Source of the DNA: Octopus bimaculoides
Lineage: Eukaryota
Assembly: GCF_001194135.2 (NCBI RefSeq)
Contig: NC_068982.1
Location: 68,132,490 to 68,191,753 of the forward strand
Length of the DNA: 59,264 bases
Direction: 5' to 3'
The translations under genes were made by a program, and so were the position numbers. The notes below the pieces were generated by a model. It did not search any database, was not told the origin of the DNA, and saw only the letters and a program-made list of their open reading frames with translations. Shown here piece after piece: positions 37,495-49,880 of the stretch (the stretch's first letter is position 1; every line of letters starts with the position of its first letter).

Positions 37495-38880
37495 ATTCCA
37501 GGGTGTTAGATTATCTATAATGTTGTTTATATTGGCAGTGAACCCCTTATTAGCCTTGTTAACAAAATGCCAAGACTACATGCTGGGATATGTAGGAAAA
37601 AATGAAGTTAATGTCACTTACATATTTTTTGTTGATGACCTAAAGTTATATTAAGGTAATACGATCAACAACAAGAGAAAATTAGAACTAGTCACAGCAT
37701 TCTCACGATGGAGTCTGGGCAAGATAAAAACTCATACATTATAGTGATAGTCAACCAAGGGAAGATTGTCAACCTGATAGAGGACATGTACGTCAACAGC
37801 TTGCCTATCTCCCCTATCTCTAATGCTGAAAACTACAAGAACTTTGAAATCAATGAGATTGCTGTATACATTGCTGCTGTGACTAAAGCCAGAATAACAA
37901 AAGAGTACTTCTGTAGACCCTAGAAAATATGGAACAGAGAGTTGTCTGCATTTAACAAGACCATGTCACTCAATGCTTTTGCAGTGCTAGTGCTAGGACT
38001 AACATTTGGGATGCACAACTAACACTTGAGATACACAACCTAGACATCAAAACCAGAAAGGTACTGACCACTTCTGGCAATACCTACATTAACAGTGATG
38101 CTGGAAGGATCTATGTGAGATGAAGTGATGGCAGTTGAGGCCAGTACCAACATACTGGATATTGAGATATTGGACTGGACACTCGACGAGATACACAGCC
38201 TAGACATCAAAACCAGAAAAGTACTGACTGCCACTGGTAACTGCCACATTATCAGCAATACTGATAGGTTCTAAGAGAGATGAAGTGATGGTGGTAGAAG
38301 CATAAGGTCAGGCCAAACAGCCTTTGAATGTTGCATTGTACCACTCAGACAACACCTGCTGAATAGTGAGAGCAACATCTCCAGAGTAGGAGAAGAGCTA
38401 CTTTGCTGGTACTCTAAGAATACAACTGTCTCATGTAATCCAAAGGAGATTGGACTGACATATCTAAACAGAAACCTGGAAGAGAAGCAGGCATCATACC
38501 AACAAAAAGCAATGCATAGATACATATCTTATAAGCCAGAGGGCAACAACAGCATTGGTGGGAAGAGTAGCCTCTCCTGGAGCTGTGATAGATACATTAC
38601 ACCCCACAGTAAGAGGGTAACAACAGCATTGACAGGAAGAGTAGCCTCTCTTGGAAACATGATAGATATGTTACACCCCACCTAGAAGGATATACCTTCG
38701 TTATCCAGGAACAGGAGATAGCTACTAAATACCTGATAAACAAGAGGGACAATGATGCCACCATAGCTAGAACCATGACAAGTGGTACTATTCCACGTTA
38801 GAGTAGAACTGGGAACAATAGTGCCTAAGAGGTAGTTCCACACTCCTCAAAGCCCTGAAACTCCTGAACCAGGCACCCAC
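37495..38880 (+). mobile_element. Degenerate R4/Dong-like non-LTR retrotransposon, RT domain and downstream region
   Basis: IFQGVRLSIMLFILAVNPL...YIFFVDDLKLY (QG and xxDD RT motifs), then RITKEYFCR, LDIKTRKVLT and EGYTFVIQEQEIATKYL, all typical of RLE-type LINEs. Frameshifts and stops are present. Confidence 0.75.
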
Positions 38881-39651
38881 TATTGGATGTAGTTTAAAGT
38901 CACACTATGAACACTTAATTCTGTATTTTGATTATATTTCTCATTGACACAACTAACAATGCAACTATCAAAAACACAAACAACAACACAAGTCAACAAA
39001 GAAGCTTTTCTGCAATTGACTGATCTTCTAGAAGTAGCAGCCAAATCTTACTCCCCACTGAACTAAAGACCAGGAGTTATATGTATCTAGGGTAATATGA
39101 ATCATATCTTTACATTTTTGCATTACATGGAACTGGTTATTGGTCAGCATTGAAATATTATCTGACACGAAAAGGAAGTTTAGTTTTTTTTTAGATGCAG
39201 TTTTGGTCACGTTTTTTCATATGTAACCACCATGAATGATTGTCTGATATCGTTAGACTTATGTTTTGTAAAATTTTGATTGGGAATAATACAGGTTTCT
39301 GACTATGAAAAGCAAAAGGTTGTTTAGAGAGGATGTTGAACGAGATTAGGTTGTCAAGTAAACATAAGGAAATAGTTTCAAAATATTTCTAGTTGGGAGT
39401 GGTACATATCTGGTGAGATGCCTGTGTTACAAAAAAATAAAGAGTAGTAAAGAGAAGTAAGAGATTAGAAATAACAGCATTCCTGCCATTAACCCTTTTG
39501 ATACCAACCCCACCTAAGACAGCCCCAGGATCTATGATATAAATTTCCTATTTATAGTGATTTAAATTAAAACCTTACATCAAAATTTTATGTAAATTTA
39601 GTTTCTAAATGTAATCATGACAAAAATTGTTTTACTAACATTTTCACAAGC

Positions 39652-39813
39652 ATAGGCATGGCTGTGTGATAAGAAGCTTACTTCCCAAATACATGGTTCC
39701 GGGTTCAGTGCCACTGTGTGGCACCTTGGGCAAGTGCCCGCTACTGTTATAGCCACAGGCCAACCAAAGACTTGTGAGTAAATTTGGTAAACAAAAACTG
39801 AAAGAAGTATGTA

Positions 39814-39847
<34 letters not shown>

Positions 39848-40045
39848 CCACCGCTTGACAACTGGTGTTGGTGTGTTTACATCCCTGTAACAAAGCAGTT
39901 TAGGGAGAGAGACTGATAAAGAATAGGTACCAGGCTTTAAAAAAAATAAATAAATACTGGGGTCAGTTCATTCAACTAAAGATTCAATGCAGTGCCCCTG
40001 CATGGCTACAGTCTAATGACAGAAACAGATAAAAGACAGAAGATA
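39652..40045 (+). mobile_element. Full-length tRNA-derived SINE family C with internal (TG)n
   Basis: Head ggcatggctgtgtgataagaag...ggttccgggttcagtgccac (A/B-box-like), core ggcaccttgggcaagtg, internal (TG)n and an A-rich agataaaaga tail. Confidence 0.8.
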
Positions 40046-40299
40046 AAAGATTATTTTTGAAATCAAATGAAACAAAAATAATGTATTTCAACAGAAATAT
40101 AGTAACAAAAGGGTTAATGTACAAAGGGAAGGGTATGAACCACATAAATTGAGGGGTCTACTTTATGCTAAGAGATGAGGGGTAAAAGCATTAGAGACCA
40201 GAGCAGAACAGGTTTCTTGCTATAGAGGGGCTATATGGCTAAATACATGGATGTAAACTTTATTTTGTCTTTTCAGTAATAAAAACTGGCAGTTGGCAG

Positions 40300-41100
40300 T
40301 GATTATGGTGCTGTTACTGTTGTTGCTGCTGCTCGTGGCAGCATTGTCTTGCAAACAACTCACACATGCAAGTGCTACCAGTCAAGAACTCCGCATACCG
40401 GAAGCCAGCAAGTGTATGGGATCATCAGGAGAGAATGCGTGCCGTTTCGGGGCCTACCTCTCGACGGCATCAATACGCACCGGCCCCCACTCACTGTTAT
40501 GAGGCCCTGCTTGCTAGATCAACTGGTTATTAAAAACAAAGCTCAATATTTCTCTAGCCATCGTTCATCGTCTCTTTTTAACCAAATCCAGTGGCTAGCC
40601 TTCTACTCTGTATTTTGGATATCACTCGTGGTGATATTTACCTTACGATGAGTTAGGCCTAACGATAACAGCAGTCGTCTCACACTGTGTTCTACAAACC
40701 CTCTACATCCAACTTCGATTGGAAAATGTTCCGCTTTCCAGCCTGCGTCTTCACATTTCTCGAGGAGGTTTACATAACGGTCAATCTTTCGAGCCCGCGT
40801 GGCGTCCATATAATCCTCATGAGGAACCGTTAACTCGACTAGATTTACAACTTTCCTTCTTTCACACCACATTAAAATCTTTACCACATTTCAGTGGGTT
40901 GTGATGGGATGAAGTTGGATGGTGAGACTAGCAATGTCAGTTTTAGAACCACTGTATTTATAATAAAGTGGATTAGACTGTCGAGAACTAAGTGTCTGGG
41001 ACTTAATGCTTGCAGCTCCTGAGACAGGATATGAACCAGTAAATCAATTGGGTGTTTGACTGTTACCCCTAACAACTTCATTATCTATACTCTTAGTTAT
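40300..41100 (-). mobile_element. Hero/NeSL-like LINE 3' end: restriction-like endonuclease domain and 3' UTR
   Basis: ORF 40603-40887(-) ILMWCERRKVVNLVELTVPHE...RKIDRYVNL...CEDAGWKAEHFPIEVGCRGF has the D/E-LTVPxE...K-Y...GW...P-EVGCRGF pattern of Hero-type RLE domains. Confidence 0.75.
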
Positions 41101-41574
41101 CTTTACCTCTTAACCCAAATGGTCTTGGAAAGAACAGGAATACTCATCCATCTTCCACCTCCTCATCTTCTTCCTTCTCTCCTTCCTCTTCTTCTTCCTT
41201 CTCTTCTTCCTCTTGAGACTAATTAATTTTTTTAAATACTTAACCAAAGTCTCTTTCATCCATTCACAGTGATATTGGTTTCATCCTCTTTCTTAACTTT
41301 ACTATAAAAAGATGTAATATATTTTATGTAATAATCTCAGACAGTAATATGGTGACTAAGTAGATAAGGAACTGGTGTTTTGGAGTTCAAACCTCACTGC
41401 TGACAGTACATGGTGACCTTTGTTGAGATACTTTACACCACTTGTCTCGGGTTTTGCACAACTGCAACATAAAGTACTCTTCTCACTTCATTCAAGAGGG
41501 TGGTCTTATTTTTATTAGGTGACCTTCTTATTTTCTTTAACTGTTTCCAAATAAATAGACGGTGTAAAATAAAC

Positions 41575-41960
41575 ATCATCATCATCATCATCATCATCGT
41601 CAGTCTTCATTATCATCATCATCTTTATCATTGTTGTCATTGTCATCTTCGTTGTCTTCGTCGCCGTCATCGTCATTGTCGTCAACATCGTTATTGTCAT
41701 CATCATCATCAACATAATCATTATCGCCATCACAGTCGTCATTGCCATTGTCATCATCGCCATCATCTTCATCATCATCATCATCATTATTGTCATCATT
41801 GCATCATCATCATTATCATCATCATCATTGTCATCAGTGTCATCATCATAGTTGTTGCTATCATCTAATCATCACCATTGCAACTGTCACCATCATGGTA
41901 TTGTTGTCATCATAATCATCATCAGCATCAGCAACATTATTATCATCACTGTCATCACTT
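41575..41960. repeat. Degenerate (CAT/CGT/TGT)n trinucleotide microsatellite
   Basis: Directly visible. It produces spurious poly-His, poly-Ile and poly-Met ORFs. Confidence 0.9.
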
Positions 41961-42200
41961 TTAGTATCCACCTTCCTGTATTAGCACCCACTGAAGTGGA
42001 TTTTCTGCAACCAGATGCACTTTACATAATTAACCCTCAACTGTTAGCACACCAGCAAATATTTCCCCATGGCAGGACAGGTTTTCATAGAAGACTGAAA
42101 ACAAGGGGCACCTCTTAAATGAGTCTAAGGTCTGTTTATAACTATCATGTGCTGTCAAGACAAAGACACACATGCACACATACTCACACACACACATGCA

Positions 42201-42252
<52 letters not shown>

Positions 42253-42286
42253 AATACACATACATACATACATGTATGTATGTATG

Positions 42287-42388
42287 TCATTATTCAGTTT
42301 ATTTCAAGATTTCTTGCCAATAGAGAAAGAACCGGTTTCTAACCTAGATCCAAGTCTCCTTCATTGGAATTTCAACATCAACAGCAGG
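42287..42388 (-). mobile_element. Short ~100-bp element embedded in (TATG)n (family D)
   Basis: tttatttcaagatttcttgccaatagagaaaga...tttctaacctagatccaag...cattggaatttcaaca recurs at 58034-58138 and 58722-58822, and partially at about 50590-50650, each time next to (TATG)n. Confidence 0.75.
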
Positions 42389-42884
42389 ATATTTTTCTTT
42401 GTATGTATGTATGTATGTATGTATGTATGTATGTATGTGTGTGTGTGTGTGTATGTATGGATGAATGTATTCTCATGACCTTTAATTTTGATAACAATAA
42501 CAGTTTGATAATATTAGCCATGATTATAATCAATGGCTTCCATAGTACCACAAAACATACTCTACAGGAACTAAATTTATATTTATATTATATTTATAAA
42601 AGAAAAGTAGCTCATTAAAAAGTTAAAGTAAAATATATTTAAGAAAGAAATAATCTTGAACTCCTCTCTTAACTTACATACATATTAGTAATTTGGTCAA
42701 GTGGCAGAGGAAACATTGGTACTTAGAATGGAGAATAGTACTTTGTACTGGTGAATTATATAATAATTTTACACTGAATCTGAATTGCATGTGTTTTCAA
42801 GGATACATTAGTCTAAACTGAAAATGATGTTTTCCTTTTTCTTTTCTTTTTTTTTCTTATTCATTCTACTGAGAAAATAGTGAA

Positions 42885-43325
42885 GTTGTGTGGCTTAGTG
42901 TTAGGGTATTGCACTCATGATTGCAAAGATTGTGGTTTTGATTCCCAGACTAGGCAGTACAATGTGTTCTTGAGCAAAAGACTTCATTTCACATTGCTTC
43001 AGTTCACTTAGCTGTAAATGAGTAACCTTGTAATGGACTGGAATCCCATTCAGCTTTAATCTCAATCATTTACAAGGGAGTCTTGAAAAGTTCCTGGCTT
43101 TTTGGGGTAAAAGAAAATACAGGAGGATCAGTTAATTATGATTTTATTCAACATATTCCCCTGTCAGATTCACACACTTATTGTGACATTCTTTCAGTTT
43201 TTCTAAGCCCCGGAAGGTTGAGCCTCCAACCAGGCCTTTTGCAATACCCTTAAAGTCAGGAACTTTTCAGCACTCCCTCATATATACCATGAAAACTGGG
43301 TAACCAGCTCTATGAGTCCAAGGAC
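42885..43325 (+). mobile_element. tRNA-derived SINE family B interrupted by a MITE
   Basis: Head gtggcttagtgttagggtattgcactcatg and core ttcttgagcaaaagacttcatttcac. The 3' part ccatgaaaactgggtaaccagctctatg resumes after 43282. Confidence 0.7.
43073..43280. mobile_element. mariner-like MITE nested in a SINE
   Basis: TA|caagggagtcttgaaaagttcctggcttt ... aaagtcaggaacttttcagcactccctca|TA: TIRs of about 29 bp with TA duplication. Confidence 0.8.
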
Positions 43326-43745
43326 TTAAGGCACTTCTTACTTATTAAGCAGTTGGTATAATCTTTGAGTAACAGTTAAGTTTACAATAAACTGAGTCTG
43401 AAATCCAGTTTCAATTCCAAGTAGCAGATATTTTATTTTGCTATATTTATATCATAAATGTTCTTTTGAAAATAATAAATGTTAACGTTTATGTTTGCCT
43501 TCCCTTCCTTATAAATTTAAAGTTTCATATCCAGTTGATGAATAAAAGAGGAGCCACATCAGTGTACATTCCTAAGAACACTTAGGCTGAATCACAACAA
43601 GCTCACGTGAGGCCCACAATGGGACAACAATGCTGCTACACACATATGCGCACATACAGACATTCTGGACTACATCAAGAAAAAGGTCATTCAACTGACT
43701 GGCATAAAATCACTCCAGCCTCTACCTCACAAGAATGTAGTCTCC

Positions 43746-43810
<65 letters not shown>

Positions 43811-44039
43811 ATCATTACTATAACAGCCTTTGTTTCTCAGATCTGATTGGTTCAGTACCTCCTTCACACATGCATTCTTCACTCACTCACCTCTCCTTCT
43901 CTCATCAGCTTTGTTGCATCCAATCCTTGAGGTACTTTATTAACTGCTATGCTCATTTCTTCCCCCTTAGAACATGAGACTCCTGGAATCTCCCTTCCTC
44001 CAGAGCCAGTTAGTTAATGATATCAACTAATCCCTGCTT

Positions 44040-44240
44040 TGCAAAAATTGCTAACATTGTACCTATTTCAGGGATTGGAGTAGGGGTCAGAAATTTAGGG
44101 GAAGGAATTAATTGATTATATTAGCCCAGTACTTCACTGGTACTTTATTTTATAAACCTTGATAGGATAATAGGCTAAGTTGGTCTTAGTGGGGTTTGAA
44201 CTCAGAATGCAGTGTCACAACAAATATTGTGAGATATTTA
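44040..44240 (-). mobile_element. SINE family A copy
   Basis: cagaaatttagggg...cccagtacttcactggtactttattttataaacc...ggggtttgaactcagaatg is the reverse complement of family A. Confidence 0.65.
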
Positions 44241-44469
44241 TTCTGGTAAAGACCGAGAAAGGGGTATTATTACAATAACTACACACACAAAACACACACT
44301 CTTTATATCAATCACCCACTAAAATAACTCACACGACACATCATTTACACAATCACCTTCCAGTAAAAATCTGAATACCAAAGATAGAGTAAAATGACAT
44401 TTTATTGAAGTTGAAAACACTTTACAAACTGTTACTCAGAGATTGGTTGCATGAAACTCTCAGTAACAT

Positions 44470-45030
44470 CATTGTCATTATCATCATCATCATTGTTTAA
44501 CATCCACTTTCCATGCTGGCATGGGTTAGATGGTTTGACTGAGGACTGGCAAGCCAGGTGGCTGCACCAGGCCCCAGTCTAATCTAGCAAGGTTTCTACA
44601 GCTGGATGCCCTTCTTAATAGTGGATGTGTGTCAATATAGTATGGTGTGTACCAATTGTTGTTGGCACTCTGCCACTTACGACGACGAGGGTTCCAGTTG
44701 ATCCAATCAATGGAACAGCCTGCTCGTGAAAGTGGCTGAGCACTCCACAGACACGTGTACCCTTAACGTAGTTCTCGGGAATATTCAGCGTGACACAGTG
44801 TGACAAGGCTGACCCTTTGAATTACAGGCACAACAGAAACAGGAAGTAGGAGTGAGAGAAAGTTGTGGTGAAAGAGTACAGCAGGGTTCACCACCATCCC
44901 CTGCCGGAGCCTCGTGGAGCTTTAGGGGTTTTTGCTCAATAAACACTCACAACGCCCAGTCTGGGAATCGAAACCGCGATCCTATGACCGCGAGTCTGCT
45001 GCCCTAACCACTGGGCCATTGCATCTCCAT
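44470..45030 (-). mobile_element. RTE-type tail (44470-44620) next to a full tRNA-derived SINE with (CAA) tail (44655-45030)
   Basis: Minus-strand head ggagatgcaatggcccagtggttagggcagcagactcgcggtcataggatcgcggtttcgattccc. Its 3' module is shared with 55195-55380. Confidence 0.75.
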
Positions 45031-45867
45031 TGTGTTCCAATAACAGTATCAATAAAATAGCACTTTACTCTGTGTGTCTACTATGAAGGTTTATATATAT
45101 CATATCATACCTTGATACTATGTGGAATGGATTGCTTATTGACAGACCTCTGTCTTTAAAGTGTTACACACTCATTATAGCATACAAATTAGTAGCCCCA
45201 GTTCTCTAAAGCTACAAGATCTGATGTGTATAATTGGTTACTTAATTTTATGGGATTGGTCAAGTGATGTAGACACCACTGATGAGAACCCAGTTAGGTT
45301 AAAAAGTAAGTAAAGGTTGTTTGTCATGTTTTCAATCTACAAAGATACAGGTAGATTTATATGTTTGTAAGCCTCCTATATAGTAATTGTAACCAATACT
45401 CAATACTGTATAATGCATCTCACCTGCCACCAAAATCTCACATTCTGCATAATTACCACTCAATGATATATCAATTATCAACGCACCCTACATAGCCCAT
45501 TCTCTAGAACAGTGATTCCCAATCTTTATGCCCCTGTGTCGTAAGGAAGTATTTGATCAGTTTCCACCCACTACTCCCAACAAAAATGTCATATTTTAAA
45601 GATGTAGACGTCAGTTTTTTAATAATTAATTAATTAATTTTTTTTTCAAAAGTAGAGTGGAATAGAACAAAGTAGTGTTTAATAGAACAAAGTAGTTATA
45701 TAAGGAGTTACTTAATAATTTTATGCTGGAAAGAGGTGCAATTTCAATAAAGTGTTCACTTCACCCACCCTCTTTGTTGCAAACCCCTGGAAAGCCATCT
45801 TGCACATTCTGGGATGGGGTACAAGTAACACAGATGGAGCGGAGGGGGAAGAGAATAACAATAGTAA

Positions 45868-45938
45868 TGAGAAGAAGAAGAAGAAGAAGAAGAAGAAGAA
45901 GAAGAAGAAGAAGAAGAAGAAGAAGAAGAAGAAGAAGA
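45868..45938. repeat. (AAG)n microsatellite
   Basis: Directly visible. Confidence 0.95.
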
Positions 45939-46439
45939 ATGTGGCAAATTTATTTGCCTTCTCCAATAGACAAAAGTTAATGATTTCACTAGAGAATCTA
46001 GTAAAACGTACATACACACACACACACACTTGTATTCCTTTGGATCATCCAGAAATTGGTCAGCTAGAAACAATGTGACCCTTTGTTTCTTCCCAACCTC
46101 GACATATTTTGCCTTTACATTTCGTATTCCCAATTAGTCACTAATACTTTCGCAAAGTAGTGTAAGGGAGATAATTCCCATTTAAATAAATGTTCGGTGT
46201 TTTTACAGAGTTAGTTCCCTTTACTTTATGATCTTTAGAAATTTGTAATTTACTGTGAATGTATTTTCTAAAAAGAAAATAAGATGAAATAACAGATAAT
46301 AAAATGAAAACAATAATAAACGAGTGAAGAACAAATATATAGTGCGTATATTTATTTGGCAAGAAAAAAAAGTGACTGTCCCGAAATATAACAGTATTTT
46401 ATAAAGTTTTCTCAAAAGAAAAAAAAAAGAACAAAATCA

Positions 46440-46620
46440 AAATCCTTTCTATTATAGGTACAAGGCCTAAAATTTTGCGGTAGGGACAAGTTGATTACAT
46501 TGACTCCAGTGTTTCACTGGTGCTTAATTTATCAACCCCGCAAGGATGAAAGACAAAATCGACCTCGGCGGAATTTGAACTCAGAACGTGGCAACGGGCA
46601 AAGTTCCACTAAGCATTTTG
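46440..46620 (-). mobile_element. SINE family A copy, CpG largely retained
   Basis: caaggcctaaaatttt...gatgaaagacaaaatcgacctcggcggaatttgaactcagaacg. Confidence 0.75.
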
Positions 46621-46621
46621 T

Positions 46622-47590
46622 GTAGCAGAGTTATGAGCCGAAAATTTCCTAGTATGTCCCCACTGTCAGCGTCCTTCTTCAACAGTGTCATCACACCCCC
46701 GACAAACAGCACTGGGAATTCTCCTGTTCTGTTGCTAGTTGCGGTAAATGTCTGCCAAGAGGTCGCCAAACAAATCTGGCACAAATATATAGAATTCATA
46801 GGGCAGACCATCTAAACCTGGCGATATGCGACTTGTGCAATCACTCATCACCTCTTGTAGTTTAGTAGCCGTTATCGGCTTTCGCAGAACCTCGTGTCCG
46901 CTGCCGAGAGCCGCGGCAAGCCATCTAAATATGAACTAAAGTTCGCTACCGTTGCTGTCACGTCGCGTTTCCATCGTTCGAGCCCATCGGTTGGCTTTAG
47001 TTCCTTCATGTTCCTTAGCCCTGACAATGCAACCTTCGTGTTTCGCTTCAAAGAAATGGTCAAGAGTCATTCTCACCGTTAAGACGTCAGTCGCGATGCC
47101 TTTACTAATCGCCTCTTCTAGTTTACAAACTAGTTCTCCCTCTAATCTGTTTCTTGGCTATACTCTATCAATTCTGCTCTAATCGGCCTCTTCAGGGTTG
47201 TTAACGATTGCCCCCGTCAACTGCCGCTTAACTAGTTCGCTAATCCGGTCCCTATAGGCTTTTCGTGCCGGAAAGGGCGCGTTCAACTTCCAGTAACAGG
47301 GTCCCTGTCTACGTATCCTATCTAAATCGACTGTGCAGATCACAAATTAGTAGACGAATTTGAATTGTGGACACCTTACACTATTCTTATCCGCTGACCT
47401 AACAAATACTCTATCTAGATACGATTTGAATGACCCATTGTGATTGCTCAATGTACACACTGGCACATCAGGGAAATCCAGTTGATACCTGTCAGAAAGC
47501 TGGAAGTTTCTGAATAGGTTTTCGAGGAAGTACTCTGCCTGAGGATACAACATGCCGATTGATCCACGAACTTACAATCACAAGCCGAAC
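46622..47590 (-). mobile_element. L1/Tx1-like LINE ORF2 fragment: end of APE endonuclease to start of RT
   Basis: Minus-strand SYLDRVFVRS...CPQF (APE C-terminus) and SPGLDGLPYEFY...TLLKKDADSGDILGNFRLITLL (pre-RT/RT start). Confidence 0.7.
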
Positions 47591-47619
47591 ACCCTAACAA
47601 GTACGATAGTTTAACCATG

Positions 47620-47785
47620 ACGATGACGACGGCGACGACGATGACGACAACGATGATGATGATGCTGATGTTGAGGAGGACACCAATGATGACAACACCA
47701 GCGATAATGACGAAGGCAATAACACGACGATAATCTTGATGACAATGATGACAACGATGATGTAAACGATGATGATAACATGAAC
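47620..47785. repeat. Degenerate (GAC/GAT)n microsatellite
   Basis: Directly visible. Confidence 0.9.
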
Positions 47786-48111
47786 GAGAAAGAGGAGGGA
47801 ATAGCTTCATGTTTCATTACATTTTCAAAAATTAACATTTCCTTTCAGTTTCCATTCATTTGGCTATTCTCGAATATTCTATTCAAAATGGTTTTTCAAC
47901 CCAATATTTGCAAGCTATTATTTATAGCTCTAAGTATGCTTCGAGATCCACATTCCATAAAAAATTATGTTATATCATTATTTCCTTTGGGAAGAATTAA
48001 ATTTCTTTTACTTTAATACGTATCCTTTAATAATCTAATGTTTTCTTTCATCACGTTTACGTCAATCAAAAATGTTGTCGGGAGACAAGAGGGAACATAA
48101 TATACCCTCTT

Positions 48112-48270
48112 GTAGGCGGCGAACTGGCAGAAACGTTTTTACGTTCTGAGTTCAAATTCCACCAAGGTCGATTTTGCCTTTCATCCTTTCGGGGTCGATA
48201 AATTAAGTACCAGTTGCGTACTGACCCCCTCCCCAAAAATTTCGGGCCTTGTGCCTAGAGTAGAAAAGAA
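48112..48270 (+). mobile_element. SINE family A copy with internal deletions, CpG-rich
   Basis: ggcggcgaactggcagaaacg...ttctgagttcaaattccaccaaggtcgattttgcctttcatcctttcggggtcgataaattaagtaccag...ttcgggccttgtgcctagagtagaaaagaa. Confidence 0.8.
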
Positions 48271-48564
48271 TATACCCTCTTGTCGCCAGACAGATTGTAT
48301 TTGCCTGAATGGTATGACATTATCTCCCCTGAATTACATGTAACTTATCTCCCCTCCTCATTTAGGTTTGATCGCAGTTGTCAGAAGTTATTTTATCATT
48401 ACTCTTTTAAAAGGGAGATAATTTCACTAAATCAAGTATTTATCTCGTATGCTATTTGAACTATTTTTATTCGTCTTTAGTACTTATATTAGACGTAGCT
48501 GTGTGTTTAAGAAGCCCGCTTTGCTACCACTCGGTTTCTAGTTCAGTCCCTTCGACCTTCTACT

Positions 48565-49880
48565 AAAGCTCAGGCCAAAGCTGTGTCTCGACCTTCACTA
48601 TACATGTGGCAAATAGCTGGATTTGTTTTACATAAGACAGCAGCTGTGCTACACAAGCCCATATCTTGCTAATGCACAGGTAGTAAACGATTGCATGCAG
48701 GATGATTTCGCACCCCTGTATGCACCATTTCTGTTTCCAGAGACTGTCCCAGGCCATGTCACTCTTATCCTCAACTAATCCCCTATTGAAATCTTGAACT
48801 GTTTTTCTGCCTAACAGTTCTGTGCAGTCGGTACAATGCTGTGGGCAACCAGAAACATTCTAGGTGTAAAATGCCCAACTTTCATCTATGTTTGACCCAT
48901 AATTGCAACTTGATCAAAGAGACAAGCTTCAGAAAAAACATCTCACTCAAAAGATGTTCAGATCAGTTGCCCTTCTCTTTCTTCATTATCGTTGATATTA
49001 TCGCAACGATTTAGATATCTCTGCATGTGTGTCAGCTTCAGTATATACTGGTGCATCATCAAAGACGGCATCCTAGAACCACCATGGAGTGGGTGTTGAC
49101 AACAGATCACTTGACTAGTGGAACCTGACTCTTTCATAAGAATCAGAAAAATAAGCACACCAATCTAGTCAGAGTTTTCTTTGGACAAGATACGATGGTC
49201 AGGTGGTAGTACACCACGGATACAATGTAGGCATTTGCTACTTCTGCTTGTCTTTTCCGAGACAGCTTCCTCTCAGTCTATTTCTATGTAAGATTGGTCA
49301 CATTGCTCATGACCTCTTCCCACTTACTATCCACCAGGAGATTTGATTCAAACCAGACTCTGAACACTTTTGCTGGATCCGCAGACTAGTTAACATGGAC
49401 TTGCCTCTCCAATAGCCTTGTTGCAAACCCACCCAATGCACCTTTCAGAGACATACAATTCAGCATTTGACCATCGAGCAGATGCCATTGTACATTGTGT
49501 TGATCCAGCCACTGAAAACGGCTGAAATTAACAGCTCTTAGAACAACTGCCAAATAGAGATGCTCTACCCAGTCAAGTGCTTTGGACTGATCCAAATTGA
49601 CCAGTACGCCACCAAAACCAGATTTGTTCCCAACCTGTTCTGTGATGTATTACACGAGGTTGAGGTTATAGTGGAAGACCTACCAGGGATCGCACAGGCT
49701 TCCATGTCACTAACTACACAACTAACAACAAGCTCTAGCTTCTTGGCAAGCATCTTAACTAAAATCTTTAACTCTGTGCTGAGCAGAGTTATGGCCAGAG
49801 TCATACCCCCATTGTTCAGATCCTTCTTCAGCAATGTGCCACCACTCCCCAATCTGTTGCTGGTTGCAGTAGACAGCTAC
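48565..49880 (-). mobile_element. L1/Tx1-like LINE ORF2 fragment: RT domain and downstream
   Basis: Minus-strand TLLKKDLNNG...ITLLSTELKILVKMLAKKL...CAIPGRS and DQSKALDWVEHLYLAVVL (DxxKAFDxVxH motif), with frameshifts. Confidence 0.7.

Noticed and set aside
40422-40450. Type II hammerhead from CGAAAC...CTGATGA in the Hero-like 3' UTR
   Set aside because: Stem II strands (cccc versus tccc) cannot pair and no correctly paired NUH site exists.
41500-41868. His/Cys/Arg-rich ORF resembling a metal-binding protein
   Set aside because: Translation of a degenerate (CAT)n microsatellite that is open in several frames, with no splice or domain support.
45661-45696. Short tandem duplications (aatagaacaaagtagt x2; also gactgaacatggttgtg x2 at about 9370-9406)
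   Set aside because: Ordinary local slippage with no evidence of function.
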